Below, piece by piece: positions 26,450-39,731 of a DNA stretch of 64,000 bases. The notes under the pieces are model-generated. The model was given only the letters and a program-made list of their open reading frames with translations, ran no database searches and was not told where the DNA came from. A program made the position numbers and the translations under genes. Origin of the DNA: Octopus vulgaris (taxonomy: Eukaryota); NCBI GenBank assembly GCA_951406725.2, contig OX597823.1, positions 100,502,001 to 100,566,000 of the forward strand, in the 5' to 3' direction. How positions within the stretch are numbered: the first letter of the stretch is position 1; each line of letters starts with the position of its first letter.

Positions 26450-27089
26450 TCAATACAAATTTGAGAGTGAAATTATTTGATAGACAGAAACTGTATGGAA
26501 ACTAGCTCTGTGTGTGCAGAGAAACAGTGACTGTATTTATGTCTTGCAGTTCAGTGGCTTCATTTTGTGTGAAGACGAATGGAACAAAAATACATTACTT
26601 GTGAAAACAAAGGCTGGGGACGGAGGGCCCAATCCATGCCAGCATAGAAAAAGAAAATGCAGAAAACAATGATGAAATATACAGGCATAGGTGTGGCTGC
26701 TGGACCAAGCAAAGCTGTGGGGTTAAAAGGTTGCTTTGCAACTGTGTGGTTTTGGGTTCAGTCCCACTGCACAGTACCTTGAATAAATGTCTTCTATTAC
26801 AGCTCAGGGCTGACCAGTGCCTTCTAAATGCATTTGGGAGACAGGAACTGTGCAAAAGTCAGTCGATACACACATGTGCGTGTGTGTGAGAGAGATTGTG
26901 GTTGACCCCACCACACCCAACAATAGTGGTTTATGTCCCCATAACTTAGCAGTTCAGTAAAAGGAACTAACAGAATAAATACTGAATAAGTCCAGGGGAT
27001 GATTTGCTCAACTAAAACCCTTCAAAGTGGTGCTTCAGCATGGTCATAAGCCAATGACTGAAACAAAGAAAAGTTAAATGATAAGATAT

Positions 27090-27830
27090 ATGAAGTGGGA
27101 TGTGGTGGTCAAACATGACCTACGTACGTTGGGCCTCACAGAGGCTATGACGAAAGACCGAGATGTCTGGAGATATGCTGTGACTGCGAAGACCCGACAA
27201 ATAACAGGAGTTCATGGCTTGCAGGACGGCCTGCTGTACTAACCTTGGATTGTAGGGCAACCTGCTGTGCTTGAGGAAACCTATTGAGTCAAGTACGTCA
27301 ACATCAACATCAAGATATAAATCAAATGGATATTGTAGTGGTGATACCTGTGCCGGTGGCACGTTGGGCCTCACAGTGGAAATGACGAAAGACCGAGATG
27401 TCTGGAGATATGCTGTGACTGCGAAGACCCAACAAATAACAGGAGTTCATGGCTCACAGGACGGCCTGCTGTACTAACCTTGGATCATAGAGTGACCTGC
27501 TGTGCTTGAGGAGACCTATTGAGTCAAGTACATCAACACCAACATCAAAATAAAAATCAAATGGATAATTGTAGTTAAGTTACCTGTGCCAGTGGCACAT
27601 AAAAAGCACAAACTGATCGTGGCCGTTTGCCAGCCTCCCCTGGCCCCTGTGCCGGTGACACGTAAAACGCACCCACTACATTCATGGAGTGGTTGGCGTT
27701 AGGAAGGGCATCCAGCTGTAGAAACTGTCAGATCAGACTGGAGCCTGGTGCAGCCTCCTAGCTTCCCAGACCCTGGTCAAACCGTCCAACCCATGCTAGC
27801 ATGAAAAACGGACGTTAAACGATGATGATG
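27090..27830 (+). mobile_element. 5'-truncated RTE LINE 3' end with an internal 235-nt tandem duplication
   Basis: LGLTEAMTKDRDVWRYAV-type ORF end repeated at 27126 and 27361; (GAT)n tail at about 27820. Confidence 0.85.
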
Positions 27831-28328
27831 AAATGTATAGAAAGCAATTGTTTACTTTGTGGCAGTTTACATTCTATACAAAACTACAAACATTCCAGAA
27901 GACATTATAGGAATTAGCTTTGAATAGAAATTCCCAAATATTTACCTCAAGAAAATAGAATGGCATTTCTTCAAAGCTGTATTTTATGGTGTCATAATGA
28001 ATGGATGGATAAAAAAATATAGTCTGAGTGTAAGTATAATATATGGATTGTCTGATGTATCTAGAAGTTGTCATTGTCTACCTTGATTTAAGTTCTGACC
28101 ATGTGAAGCCATTGGTTCTATATTTATCGGATGGAAATCTGATATTTGAAAATGGATTATTAGAGCAAACTAATAGATGTAGGGATGCTTTGTACTTTCA
28201 GTTAAGAAGAGTAGTAAAACAATTGCCATAGCATGGTTTGAAGTGGCAACTCCTCTGTTGTAAATCTTATAAATTAACCTTACAGTCAATGAGTCACCAA
28301 AGAAGTCACTAAAGTATAGCTTTCTTAC

Positions 28329-28445
28329 CTGTGATCGACCATATTTAAACAAATGATCAATTAAACGCCAAATCTCCTTTGGGACTGCATACAACCGACC
28401 TCCTGTGGCAGCAATGTCCACATCCTTTAAACTACCTGGCTGTTC
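28329..28445 (-). CDS. OCRL: OCRL exon, RhoGAP-like domain start (EQPGSLKDVDIAATGGRLYAVPKEIWRLIDHLFKYGRSQ)
   Basis: 117 nt; ttcAG/GTaaga; VPKEIW.L.DHLFKY; phase 0/0. Confidence 0.96.
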
Positions 28446-31400
28446 CTGAATAAAAAGTTGAAACAATATTTAAGTAACTTGTAAAAATTGAATATATTGA
28501 ACATTGAGAATGTCATATGTATCACTTTCTCATTTCAACGATACCCACCTCCCATTTCTATTAATTTCCATCTAAATATCATCATCATCATTTAACATCC
28601 ATATTCTATGCTGGCAGAGGTTGAATGGTTGAACAGGATCTGACAAGTAAGAAAGCTGCATTGGACTCCAATGTCTATTTTGGCAAGGTTTTCATGGCTG
28701 GACAGCCTTCCTAATGTGAACCACTTCAGTAAGTATACTGGGTACGTTTTTGGTAGCCCTAGCATTAGTGAGGTAGCTTGCAAGACAAAATCCCTTTGTA
28801 GAGTGGAGGTGGCTTTGTGCCATGTGTTGAAAGGGCAAGAATAGGGGTCTTGCTGTAGATGAGATACATGGCTACCACAGCAAGGAAGGGAGAAAAGATG
28901 GTGTTAGGATGTACCCTAAAGATACAAGAAGGTGGATAAAAAGAGAACAACTGAGAATTGGGAATGGCTGGATGGGTAAATTTATGAGCGGGAAAGGAGA
29001 ATGACAGATGGTAGAGATGACAATAGAAGTGAATATAGATCTTTCTTTTTCCTCCTTTTCATTCACAAAACGAAGTAATGAAGGTCAGAGTGTTTGGCTA
29101 TTAATCCTATTTTCACAAATTCCCTCCAGTTCTTTGCAGTTCCCATCACCCCAGTGAGAGATGGGAAACAACTCTGCTTGCCCAATCTTTTTGCTGTCAC
29201 AGTAAAGCAGCTTGGACAATTGTTAAGCATTACTTGTTAACTTTTGCTTAACAGTAGTGTTTAATGGAAAAGAAAATACCCCAATTATAAGGAACAAAAA
29301 AAAAAGACTACAGAAATATAGATATTTGTAGAAACGATCCAGCCTATGCTGCAGCAAATATAACTGTTTCTTGCAAACATGTATGTCTTGGTAACAAGTC
29401 CCATGCATTCACTAAATTGTTTTAGATGCTTAAAAGATCTCTTAGTCCTCCTACCTTTGACCCATTGATGATATGACAGCTGGAAGAGGAGAGAACTGCA
29501 TCAGTATGAGGCTGGGACTGAATTCCTGCTGAGCAAAACTGGACCAACACAAAACAAAATAAATTTCTGAAGGACACAATGTGCTGCTTGGATCAGGAAT
29601 CAGACCAATGACTTATTGAGGCCAACAACCTAACTACGAAGCCATGCACTGCCACAATGCAAAAATAGTCTGTAAACAGCAGAGAAAAGATATTTAGTGA
29701 AGTCCACAACTCTTCACTATATTGCAAGTATGAAGCTCTTGTTTTGAAAAAGAGAATTAATAATTTCACCAGTTGTACATGTGAGAGAAAGTGAAGTTTA
29801 AAGAAAGGGGTTGAGAATTCACAGATAAATTGTCTGTTTTAAAGCTGATCACACAAAGTGAAGAGGGAGTCTGTATAATGCAGAGCATCCTAAATTGGAA
29901 GTTTAAAAATAAGGGGGAAAACCTGTGTCTCCATAGGGTACAATGGAAAACATGACCTTACTTAGAATCAGTCAAGTGAGGGTTGACATCAGAAAGGACA
30001 TCCAACCACAGAAAATATGCCACATAAATGTACGTGTATATATATTTTCCTAAGCGCAGGCATGATTATATAAGGTCATTTCCTGACCACATAGTTTCAG
30101 GTTCAATCCAGCTGTGTAGCACATTGGGTGTTTTCTGCTACAGCCCTGGGCTGACCAAAGCTTTGTGAGTGAATTTGCTAGGCAGAAACTAAAGTGCATC
30201 ATATATCCAGATACCTGTGGAAGTGCTTGTGCCTCCTTAGCCAGGAGGGAAATGCATGTGTAAGCAGTCTGATTCATACAAGTGACTGGTAAAGGTAATT
30301 ATGAACGAGCTTTAATAGTTCCTTGCTGCTACATACACCCGGCTTTTCATGAGGGGTCAAAACATCTAAATGGTGTTAGCCTAAAGAGATTTATGGACAC
30401 ATCCTACCCAACTCCTCTACTATTATTGCTCAACATAGAGCAGGCCCTGTTATCCACTGCTATTGCTATGGACAACAGGCCACATTAGATGTTATATCTG
30501 TGAAACTTCTGCATCGTATTAGAGGACAAAGACCATTCAACTGTATTGATGTTATTGGCTGAGACACAACATGAATTTGTGGAGTCACCAAAGCTAACTG
30601 GGACAGAAAGTCTTGCTGCAATATTCTGGAATCCTTACAATTGGTTTACAAAAACAAAAAAAAAAAGAAAAGAAAAAAAAGAGAGAGAAAGTTTACTGAA
30701 GCAAAGAAGAGAGAGAAAGCTAATGTCTTTAACTGAAAATGTAATTTATGATCCAACTGTTACTGTGCAAAGGGACTCCAGACTCCCAGCCCATGAAGTT
30801 ATTACAACTCACTGGTCTGCTTGAAAGCAGATTTTTATTAATGTGGGGATGATGATGATGATAAATTTGTAGTTCTGCCAAGTAAACAAGAACATTAAAA
30901 TTCAAAGATGAGGTCACTCCTGTTTCTCCCCACCCCACTCTCTTCTATCAAATAAATTCAGGTGTTTAGTTCCATATTCCAAATGCCAAATAAAAAAAAA
31001 AAAAAAAGGTATTTATTATATCATTCATACTAGAGAGAAAGGCCACTCAACTGATTAGCACCCAATCATTTACAGACCCACCCCAGATGTGCTGTCTCCT
31101 ATTTGTACCTTTTCTATTGAAACTATAATGGATTCTGTTCTCGGGAGCCGGCTTGTCTTGTACCTCTTTCACTGAGGCACAACTGGCCCACTTGTCTCTC
31201 AACAGTCCCATTATTTCTAATCCTTCCTCCCCCAAACACCAGTCTCTGAAATCTTCTCTCAGCTCAGATCTTTCCTGCAGTTTATTGATTTGCAACAGTT
31301 CAATTACAACAATAATGACATCAATTTCACTGGTCATAGCTTTTGCTTCTTCCTCCAGACTAAGCAATCAAAAAAAAAAAAAAAAAAAAAAAGGGGGATT

Positions 31401-31608
31401 GCGAACGTCTTTATCACAGTATCACACGTTGGAAGTTTATTTTGTAGTGGTAGTCAGCTGTGTCTGTTGTTGACTAACAAACATGAAAAGAAATGTGAAC
31501 AACGGTGACTGTTTTGAAGGAATTCCTAGACAATTCAAGACAAAATGGAGAAAGATAAGACCCCCACACACATACACACTAAACAAAATGTTTTAAAGTA
31601 CAACTCAC

Positions 31609-31719
31609 CAAATCTATCAGTTGAGCCACAGGCACTTCTCGGATTGGTTGTTGCATTTGAATCAGAGCTTCTATAGAAGATCCAAAACTGGTTGGAATGA
31701 AATTACCTGATACTGTGAT
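31609..31719 (-). CDS. OCRL: OCRL exon, ASH end and clathrin box ([37 protein letters not shown])
   Basis: 111 nt; preceded by AC acceptor, GTgagt donor; PIREVPV..LIDL as in OCRL; phase 0/0. Confidence 0.95.
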
Positions 31720-34002
31720 GTATGTAAGTTAAAGAAGAAACACTATCACCAAAACTGTAAAGAGTATACGTTAAGGGTGTCAAGAAAGGGTAGACTGTTA
31801 CCTTTACAAGGGAGATAGGACAACTATTTAGGAAAAGATATGCAAAAATCATGATGGCATACAATACATCTTTCTCTTTTTTGCAGATTTAACACATGAT
31901 GGCATCTCCTACAGTGGATTTTGGTAAAATTGAAGCACAGGCGGTCATGAAGTTCCTCTTTTTGCAAGATGAAGGAAAATATGTGACTATGGCTTCGAAT
32001 TGGTAGACCGACCACCTTACTCTCCTGACTTGGCCCCCTTCGACTATCATCTCTTTCCACAACTGAAGAAACAAAGGAATGAAATTCCACTCCAACTCAG
32101 AAGTGATTGCTGCTACAGAGGTCTGAGTCCTTTTTACAGAGCTTAGAAAAACTGAAGGACCACTGCAATAAGTGTGTGAATCTGAAAGGGGGAATATGTT
32201 GCATAAAGTCATAATTAACTGATCCTTCTGTGTTTTCTTTTACCCAAAGCCAGAAACTTTTTGGCAACCCTGTACAAGGCAGATAACATTAATTTCTTGC
32301 TCTGTTTCTCATTTCTCGTTTGTAATGGAATCATTACAGAATTGTGGTTTTTGAAGTTGAAAATTTGCAACAGGTGTTAAGAGTTTTTACATATTTGTCT
32401 CCTTAGTATCATGTACAGTAGTTATAAGTTAGGGGTCGAACATATGGCTCTCTTTTCATATCTTCTTTCTTTTCTTCCTTTGTCTCTCCTTGGAATCTCT
32501 TCCAGTATTTGACGAAAGACTATCTTGAATATTATGGCTCTATAACGTTTTTTCCTTCATTGAGCATCAACCTAATAATATTAACTGTGAATGTCCCTTG
32601 GACTTCTGTCGTTTTCTGTATTTAAGTTGCTTTATATCTATCAACACACACCTTTCTCTATCTTTCATTCTTACATAACTATTAACATTATAATGTGTCT
32701 TTGACATTTAGAAGACAAATAATAAGTAGTTGTGACACACTTGTCTTTTTTAAAGATATTCACAACGTAGAGAAAAGCTGTTTTCCAAGTAGAAACTGAT
32801 ACCATGCAATAAAACTAACACAATGCATTAGGGTATTTTCCAATGATACTCTACCAACTAACTAAAACCTTGAGAATGGATTTGGGAGATGGAAACTGAA
32901 AGAAGCCTCTCTGTGTGTGTGTTTACATTCATGCATCTGGAAATTGTTCCATTGTGGGTGGGGACATTGCTGCTATTTCCCCTGCAGCTGTGTTGTTCTC
33001 TGGCTTTGCATTTTCAAAGATGTGTAACGAAAGATATCTTTAACTTGAAAAACAGGTAAGGGTTAGCAACAAGAAGAGCATCAGCTGTAAAACAATGCTT
33101 CAATAATATATTTGTCTAACCCATGCTGGCATGAAAAAATGGATGTTAAACAAAGGCCAATAAATGAAAAACTATTTTATAAAAAGAAAACTTAAATAAC
33201 CATCCAAAAACTTTGCAATAACTGCTACAAAATACTACACAAAGCATAAAGCTAGCATCATTTGCTTGTTTGTTTAATGTTTCTCCGTGCTAGCATGAGT
33301 TGGATGGGAATTGTGACCAACCCCTGCCAGTTTTTTAGGTAAGGGATTTATGTATTCTACAGATGCTTGAAGTAACCAGTCATTATGTTAGTAAGGCATG
33401 TCAACATTACCGCCACATGCCTAAAACAATCAATAAACCAACATGTATGCACACAGGCACACATACACATGTCCACTTTCTCATGCTTGCATGGTCCAGA
33501 CAGAACATCTACAGTTGCATGCACTTCCTGTTGCCAACCCTCACCTATTTCTAAGAAAAGTAATATTTCAGTATGACCAAGGACTGGAAACAAACAACCT
33601 TGCTGAGAGATAGTGAGGCTCATTTACAATTAACATGTGATGTCTAGAGAAAGGTATACACACATACACATATACGACAGGCTTGATACAGTTTCTGTCA
33701 GCCAAATTCACAAGGCAGCTGACCTGGAGCTCTAGTAAAAGACACTTGCTCAAAATACTGTGCAGCAGGGGTTGAACTTAAAACCACGTGGTTGCAAAGT
33801 GAACCTCTTAGCCACATGCTGATGCCGGCACCGCTATCTAGAAACATTTGTTTACAATATCTGTAAGTTTCGGCTATGCATATAAAATCTGTTTCTTAAA
33901 ATACCATTGATAATTGGCTGTGACTTGACTAACATACTACTGTTTTTCTATTTACTGCTATCATGTTATGCTGTCCAACAATATTGTCTATTAGAAGGAT
34001 AT
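31720..34002 (-). other. U12-type (minor spliceosome) AT-AC intron, 2283 nt
   Basis: 5' ss ATATCCTTCT (34002-33993); branch site TTCTTTAAC (31736-31728) followed by TTACATAC with terminal AC at 31721-31720; joining gives GKDCF|ITVSGNF, colinear with OCRL GKDYFLTISGNY. Confidence 0.92.
31840..32274 (+). mobile_element. Internally deleted mariner transposon inside the AT-AC intron
   Basis: YGFELVDRPPYSPDLAPFDYHLFPQLKK (mariner YSPDLAPxD motif) at about 31988-32070; KCVNLKG-EYV C-terminus; right TIR-like end ...ggcaaccctgTA. Confidence 0.85.
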
Positions 34003-34127
34003 AAAACAATCTTTGCCACCAATAAGGTGAAGCACCAAGATGTCTTCAATTTTATCTTCATGACTGTTTAGTTCAGAAACAGTTTCCTCATCAACGTACA
34101 CCTCTAGCTCCACCTCTTGCATACCAT
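34003..34127 (-). CDS. OCRL: OCRL exon, ASH domain ([41 protein letters not shown]), ending at an AT-type U12 donor
   Basis: 125 nt; ttgcAG acceptor; [16 protein letters not shown]; followed directly by ATATCCTTCT; phase 1/0. Confidence 0.94.
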
Positions 34128-34504
34128 CTGCAACAGAGAAAGAAAAAGGCACCAATTATTAACTCTTTTTGTTACCATTTCTCTGTTGAGATACACTGAT
34201 TTTGTTTCAATTAAGTTTAAAAATAAGAAAGAATTTAGTAAATCAACCTTGTCGTTATTACGCTAGAACTTGGAATATAAATTAACATGGAACATATCTT
34301 GGAGATATTAACCGTTTCTCCTTCCTACCACAAACACAACAAGTTGAAAGATCAACTCGGTTATTGTAATAAGGCACAAAGAAAAATCAGGAGGCTCTGA
34401 CTTCAGAGACCCAATTAGAACGAAGAGGTCAGTGAATGAAGATGATTAAAGAACATTAAAGTGAAAAGGATAATAAAAAAATAATACATGATGAGTTTTC
34501 TTAC

Positions 34505-34601
34505 CTTGCTTAATAAATGCTTTATATGGAGTAATCTTCAACCAGGGCTTGCAATAACTGTTTCCATTTAACTTTTTAATGAACTCAAATTCAACTATCC
34601 C
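34505..34601 (-). CDS. OCRL: OCRL exon, ASH domain (GIVEFEFIKKLNGNSYCKPWLKITPYKAFIKQ-D)
   Basis: 97 nt; AG/GTaaga; YCKPWL as in OCRL; phase 0/1. Confidence 0.95.
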
Positions 34602-35999
34602 CTAATAAAAGAAATAAAAGGGTCATTTTATTTCAAAGAGTTTAAGGAGTCATCATCATTATTATCATTTAATGTCCATCTTTCATAGTCACACAGGTTG
34701 ACTGCTTTGACGGGTTTCAACAAACCAGAGAACTGCAGTAAGCTCTAACGACAGAAAGGACATCCAGTCAGAGAAACCGTGCCAAAGCTAACACCAACTA
34801 TTTTACTTGGTACTAGCACTAGTGAGGTCACCAAGCAACCTGCAAAACGAGACCCCTTGACTGAGTGGAGGTGCAGTATCAACAGGGGTGGCTTGTGCCA
34901 TGTGTTGAGAGGTGAAAGTGTGATGGGGGAGAGGAACTGGTGCCATGCTGTTGAGGAGATACATGGCTACACCAGCTGGAAAGGGAGAAAGAGATGGTCA
35001 GGGTGTACCCTCGAGGTGGAGGTAAAAGAGAATAGAGACACAAAGGGCCAGGAACAGTGGATGGGTAAGTTAGCAAGAGTGTGAAAGGTTAGTGGCAAAT
35101 GGACAGAAATGAAGATAGAGGTGAACACAGTGAATGAAGGACAGAATTAGAGGTATGGTCAGTGGAGAATCTCAATTGGAATGTGAGGAGCAGGGGAAGG
35201 TAAGGTGAAGGAAAATTGGAGTGGGGTCAGGGAGGAAGTGGTGATAAATGGTAACATATACAATAAAATTATAGTAATTATATCAGAGGCTTTCTGGAGT
35301 CACTTCATCCATCCCAATTCACTCAAATACAATGCAGAGTAGCCTTGAATCTTCTCCTACTCAAACCGTCCCCACTCTCCTCCTTATTATTGACTTTCTT
35401 TCATTGACCCCTAACACTTTCTCTTACTCATTTTCCCTATCAGTCTCTCCATTAGTCTCTCAAGACCTCACCTAAACCCATCACCCACTCTCCCATTCTT
35501 TCTCTCTCGGTTGTGCGGGTTTTGCAGTCTAACATTAAGTGCCACGTAAAAGGCACCCAACATGCTCTGTAAAGTGGTTGACATTAAGAAAGAAGGAATC
35601 CAGCCATTATGGGAACCATGCCAAAAGTAAGGCACTGGAACAAGATGTGCGTCTCCAAACTATTGGATTCTTTCAAACTATTCAACCCATGAATATACAT
35701 CAATGATGACGATGGCTGCATGAAGATGAATTTATTTTGTTGCCACATGGTCACAAGTTGTCTCTCACCCTGTGGAATCTTGGGTGAGTGTCTTCTACTA
35801 TGGCTTCTGTCCAACCAATGCTTTGGGAATAGATTCAATAGATAGAAATTGTATGGAAGCCCATTGCTAACTCCATCCACCAAAGTATCAAAGTGACTAT
35901 AGATTACCCTACTAGGTACCCTAACAATAGACTACTAGTCCTCTAGACATTGAACTTTGGTTAGAGTCTGTAAACAACAGAGTACAGCTCCTCCACTCT

Positions 36000-36800
36000 T
36001 ATTACATGAAATCCTTGTCATGCAATATGAAAATTAGCATACTACTAGCAGCAGACTTAGCTAGGACAATGTGTCCCCTCTATGTTAATTCAATGAAACA
36101 AGGAAACATATACAGAACTTCATGCACTGCATGCAATTATCTGGGTATGGATTCGAGTATACAGGGGAGCCTGAAAGAAATTAGAAACATGATATGTAAT
36201 GATGCCAGTGGTACCGGTCTTAGACACTGAAGTAGAGACTGGAACGGTATAGAAGAGGATTTGTGATAAAGCAAACAGAGTGAACACATGGAATGAGGCT
36301 GATGAATATCAAAGAGTGATGTTTCTGGAGACTACACCTCATGGGGAATTAGCCATAGATTTAGGAAGGCTCTGAAGGACACCAAACTCAACATTAACAT
36401 CATTGAGAAACTGGGGAGCTCCACTGGATCACAATTATGTAGGACGTCCATACCCTTTGAAAATACCACACAAGAACTGTGTAGTAAGTTTAACCCTAGT
36501 ATTAACCATAAACTAGGAATGTAGGAATCTACAACATAAGGTGTGTGGAAGGAATTTGTAAGGACAGAAACATGGCATATATTGAGGAGACGTTTAGGAG
36601 TCTAGCAGAGAGTATAATGACAAAAAAACAGTCGTCCATACTCTATCAACATGCCAAAGACCAACATGGTGGCACACTGGACTGAATTGACATTAGCATT
36701 TTGTCCAAACACCCAAAGGACCCATCACTTAGATAAATACAAGAGTATGTCTTTGTAAATGAAACATTACCCATACTAAATAGGAAATACGTGTAGAAGG
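36000..36800 (+). mobile_element. Penelope-like retroelement fragment (GIY-YIG endonuclease)
   Basis: From 36524: GIYNIRCVEGICKDRNMAYIEETFRSLAE, then SILYQHAKDQH...LR*IQEYVFV...PILNRK. Confidence 0.75.
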
Positions 36801-37327
36801 TAGGTATGCTCCAATGCCACAGATATTACCCACACAGAATACACAGATACATTCGTAAGTAGGCAGTCACGGTGGGTAGGTAAGTAGGTAGGTAGATAAG
36901 GTTTTTGGTGGTTAAGTCAGTTATATAGACTGTTAGTTATTGAGTTAATTATGTTAGTGGGTAGATAGGTGGAAGATAGGTAAGCTTATAGGTAGACAGA
37001 CAGACAGGGGTACATAGATAGTATGGACAGACATGCACACACACACACACACACGTGTGTGTGTGTGCGTGCACATGTACATGAGCATATCTGGGTGAAT
37101 AATGACATCCCTGTCTAGAAAATCCTCCTCTAGTTTTGTTGCACTTTCAATGATAAGAGGAATAGAAAAAAAATTCTTTACTTGAAAGACAAATAAAGGT
37201 TGGTAAGAGGAAGGGCATCTTGCTGTGAAAGAATTCCTCAATAAAGTTTTTACTCAAGTTGTGCTAGGATGGGAAAATCAAACTGAAAATGAGTGAAGAA
37301 AAGAATAATTAAGGTAGAAAGCTTCAC

Positions 37328-37396
37328 CTGGCCAGTATTGCTTACAACCACTTTCTGTTTCTTGGATTCATAAAATTTGACTTCACCAAAATTCAG
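37328..37396 (-). CDS. OCRL: OCRL exon, ASH domain start (LNFGEVKFYESKKQKVVVSNTGQ)
   Basis: 69 nt; ttccAG/GTgaag; ASH-domain NxG motif; phase 0/0. Confidence 0.93.
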
Positions 37397-37521
37397 CTGG
37401 AAGGAAATGAATTGAAAAGATGTTTAAACTTTTATTATTACTATTAGAAAGAAAAGCAACACTTATGCATTATTTCTTTTTATACAATTCATGGCTGAAG
37501 TGGTGAGAAACATTTACTCAC

Positions 37522-37632
37522 TTCTGCAATGTCAATCTTAACTTGAGGCAAGTATTCATTTTCAATTCTGTCTAACCGCTTCATGATATCTTCGTAAACC
37601 TTTTTGGATTTTTCTTCATCAACAACTTTCAA
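37522..37632 (-). CDS. OCRL: OCRL exon, phosphatase-ASH linker helix (LKVVDEEKSKKVYEDIMKRLDRIENEYLPQVKIDIAE)
   Basis: 111 nt; AG/GTgagt; resembles OCRL VKVVDE..DRMENDFLP; phase 0/0. Confidence 0.95.
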
Positions 37633-39624
37633 CTGAAAAATATAAATTACAATCTGTGAATTTAAAGAAAAAAGAGAGAGAGAGAGAGAGAGCACATGTT
37701 GGATATCTTATTTTCCAGAAATTACATACTTGTTTTTACATTTGTTGTTTTCAAATAAACAATTGCATGGAACACATATTTGCCATTCAAAAATACACAA
37801 AAATGTTCACTTCACTTACTGTATTTGATGGTATTAACAAATCATGATCTTTCTAGAAGCACCTCAATTTTAGCTGTGCATATTCAGGAAAAAAAGGTTT
37901 TAGTGCATTAAAGCCCAACTTCACATACAGATCTTGGGGTAATTTTCAAGACATTTCATGGGTAAAAGTGTATCTTATATACCATTAAATATGGTAATGA
38001 TTTATTATTTGGTATAAAAATTTTTGTTACACTGTTTGTGACCCATACATTGACAGTTTCATAGCAACTGGTCAAAGATAAGGCCAGTATATATATAGGA
38101 TTCAGGATTTTACTATATTTATTACCACTACTTACACAACCTTTACTGCTGCTACTACTACCTCTGCTATTTCTGTTGTTGTTGTTGTTGATACAACCCT
38201 TCCCATCCACTTATACAGTTTTTGACATACTCCTCTCAATGGTTTCTGTTCTGTGATCATCGACCAAGAGATGCTCTCCTTCAAAGCCTTAGCAATCAGA
38301 TTATTCGCAAATGCAATACTTCATCGTCATCATTTTGAATTAACCATGTATTATCTCGTAGCTAAGAGATTTTCATGATGTGATTGCTTATTTTTAGAAT
38401 CACATTGTCGAATAGGTGTGAGAGGCCTGATCTGGCTAGTTTTAACATAAAAGTGGTAGAATATTTCAGCTGAATCTGGCTGGTTTGAATGCTGAAGTCA
38501 TTAAATCCTTATTTTGCTGTTTGGCACAATGCCAAAAGTGCCGACTGACCGACAGATGAAAGCAGGACAGAGGTCATGAATGGCAACTAAAAGCCACATT
38601 AATTGACCTACTACGAACTTCAGGCAATGAGAATCAGATTTACTGACCTACAGAGATCATCATCATCATCATTTAACACCTGTTTTCCATACTAGCATGG
38701 GCTGGAATAGTTTGACAGGAGTTGGCATGCCAGAGAGCTACACCAGGCTCCTTTTTGTCTGTTTTGGCAGGGTTTCCACAGCTGGAGGCCCTTCCTAACA
38801 TGCCAACCACTTTGCAAAGCATACTGGGAGCTTTTTATGTGGCACCAACACAGGTGCTTTTTACACGGTGCCAGCATGGGTACTGTCCTCCCCTCCTAAG
38901 TGATAAAGAAGGACCTAGTTATTGGGTAGGCTGGATGGGTGATTTGATTCAACATGAAATTTGTTGTTGTAGACAAAGACTAGTCCTAAATGTGGTGGTT
39001 TAAAATAGAACAGGCTATGTATATTGTTGGAGGAAGTTTAAAGGACTCCCCATAAGGGAGATAATAATAATAATAATAAATTCCTTATAAAGATAAGCAA
39101 TTGGGCTCCTAGACCCAAGAGGCTCTTGAGTGACTGACCAGCATGGCCATACCTTAAGATGGCACTGTGTGTTTTTCTTTTATTCTTTTACTTATTTCAG
39201 TTGAACTGTGACCATGCTGGAGTATGCCTTGAAAGGTTTCATTGAAAAAGTCAAACCAACTGTACTTATTTTAAGGTTGATAGTTCAGCTATTAGTCTCC
39301 TTTTGCTGAGCTGCTAGGTCATGGGCATGTTCACAAACCAACACCGATTGTCAAGTATTGGGGTGACACACACACACACAAGAAACTTTTACACAGTTTC
39401 CATTCATCAAATTCACTCTCAAGGTAGTGGCCAGCCTGGCACCATTGCAGAAGGAACTTGCCCAAGGTGAAGGTGCTGCACAGTGGAACTGAACCCAGAA
39501 CCAGGTGGTTGGGAACTTCTTAAAAACATGACCACATAATATCAATAAATTTATTTGTAAGTTTATAACTAGAAGTCTGAAGTCTATCTCTACATATATA
39601 TTCAGATCTGAAATGAGTCCATCA

Positions 39625-39639
39625 CTATATATCTATCTA

Positions 39640-39727
<88 letters not shown>
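39625..39727. repeat. (CT)n(TA)n microsatellite
   Basis: Seen directly. Confidence 0.95.

Positions 39728-39731
<4 letters not shown>

Noticed and set aside
31713-31714. Canonical cacAG six to seven nt inside the ITVSG exon as an alternative acceptor
   Set aside because: There is no GT donor at the end of the upstream exon, and using this AG after KDCF would shift the frame. AT-AC gives an exact colinear protein.
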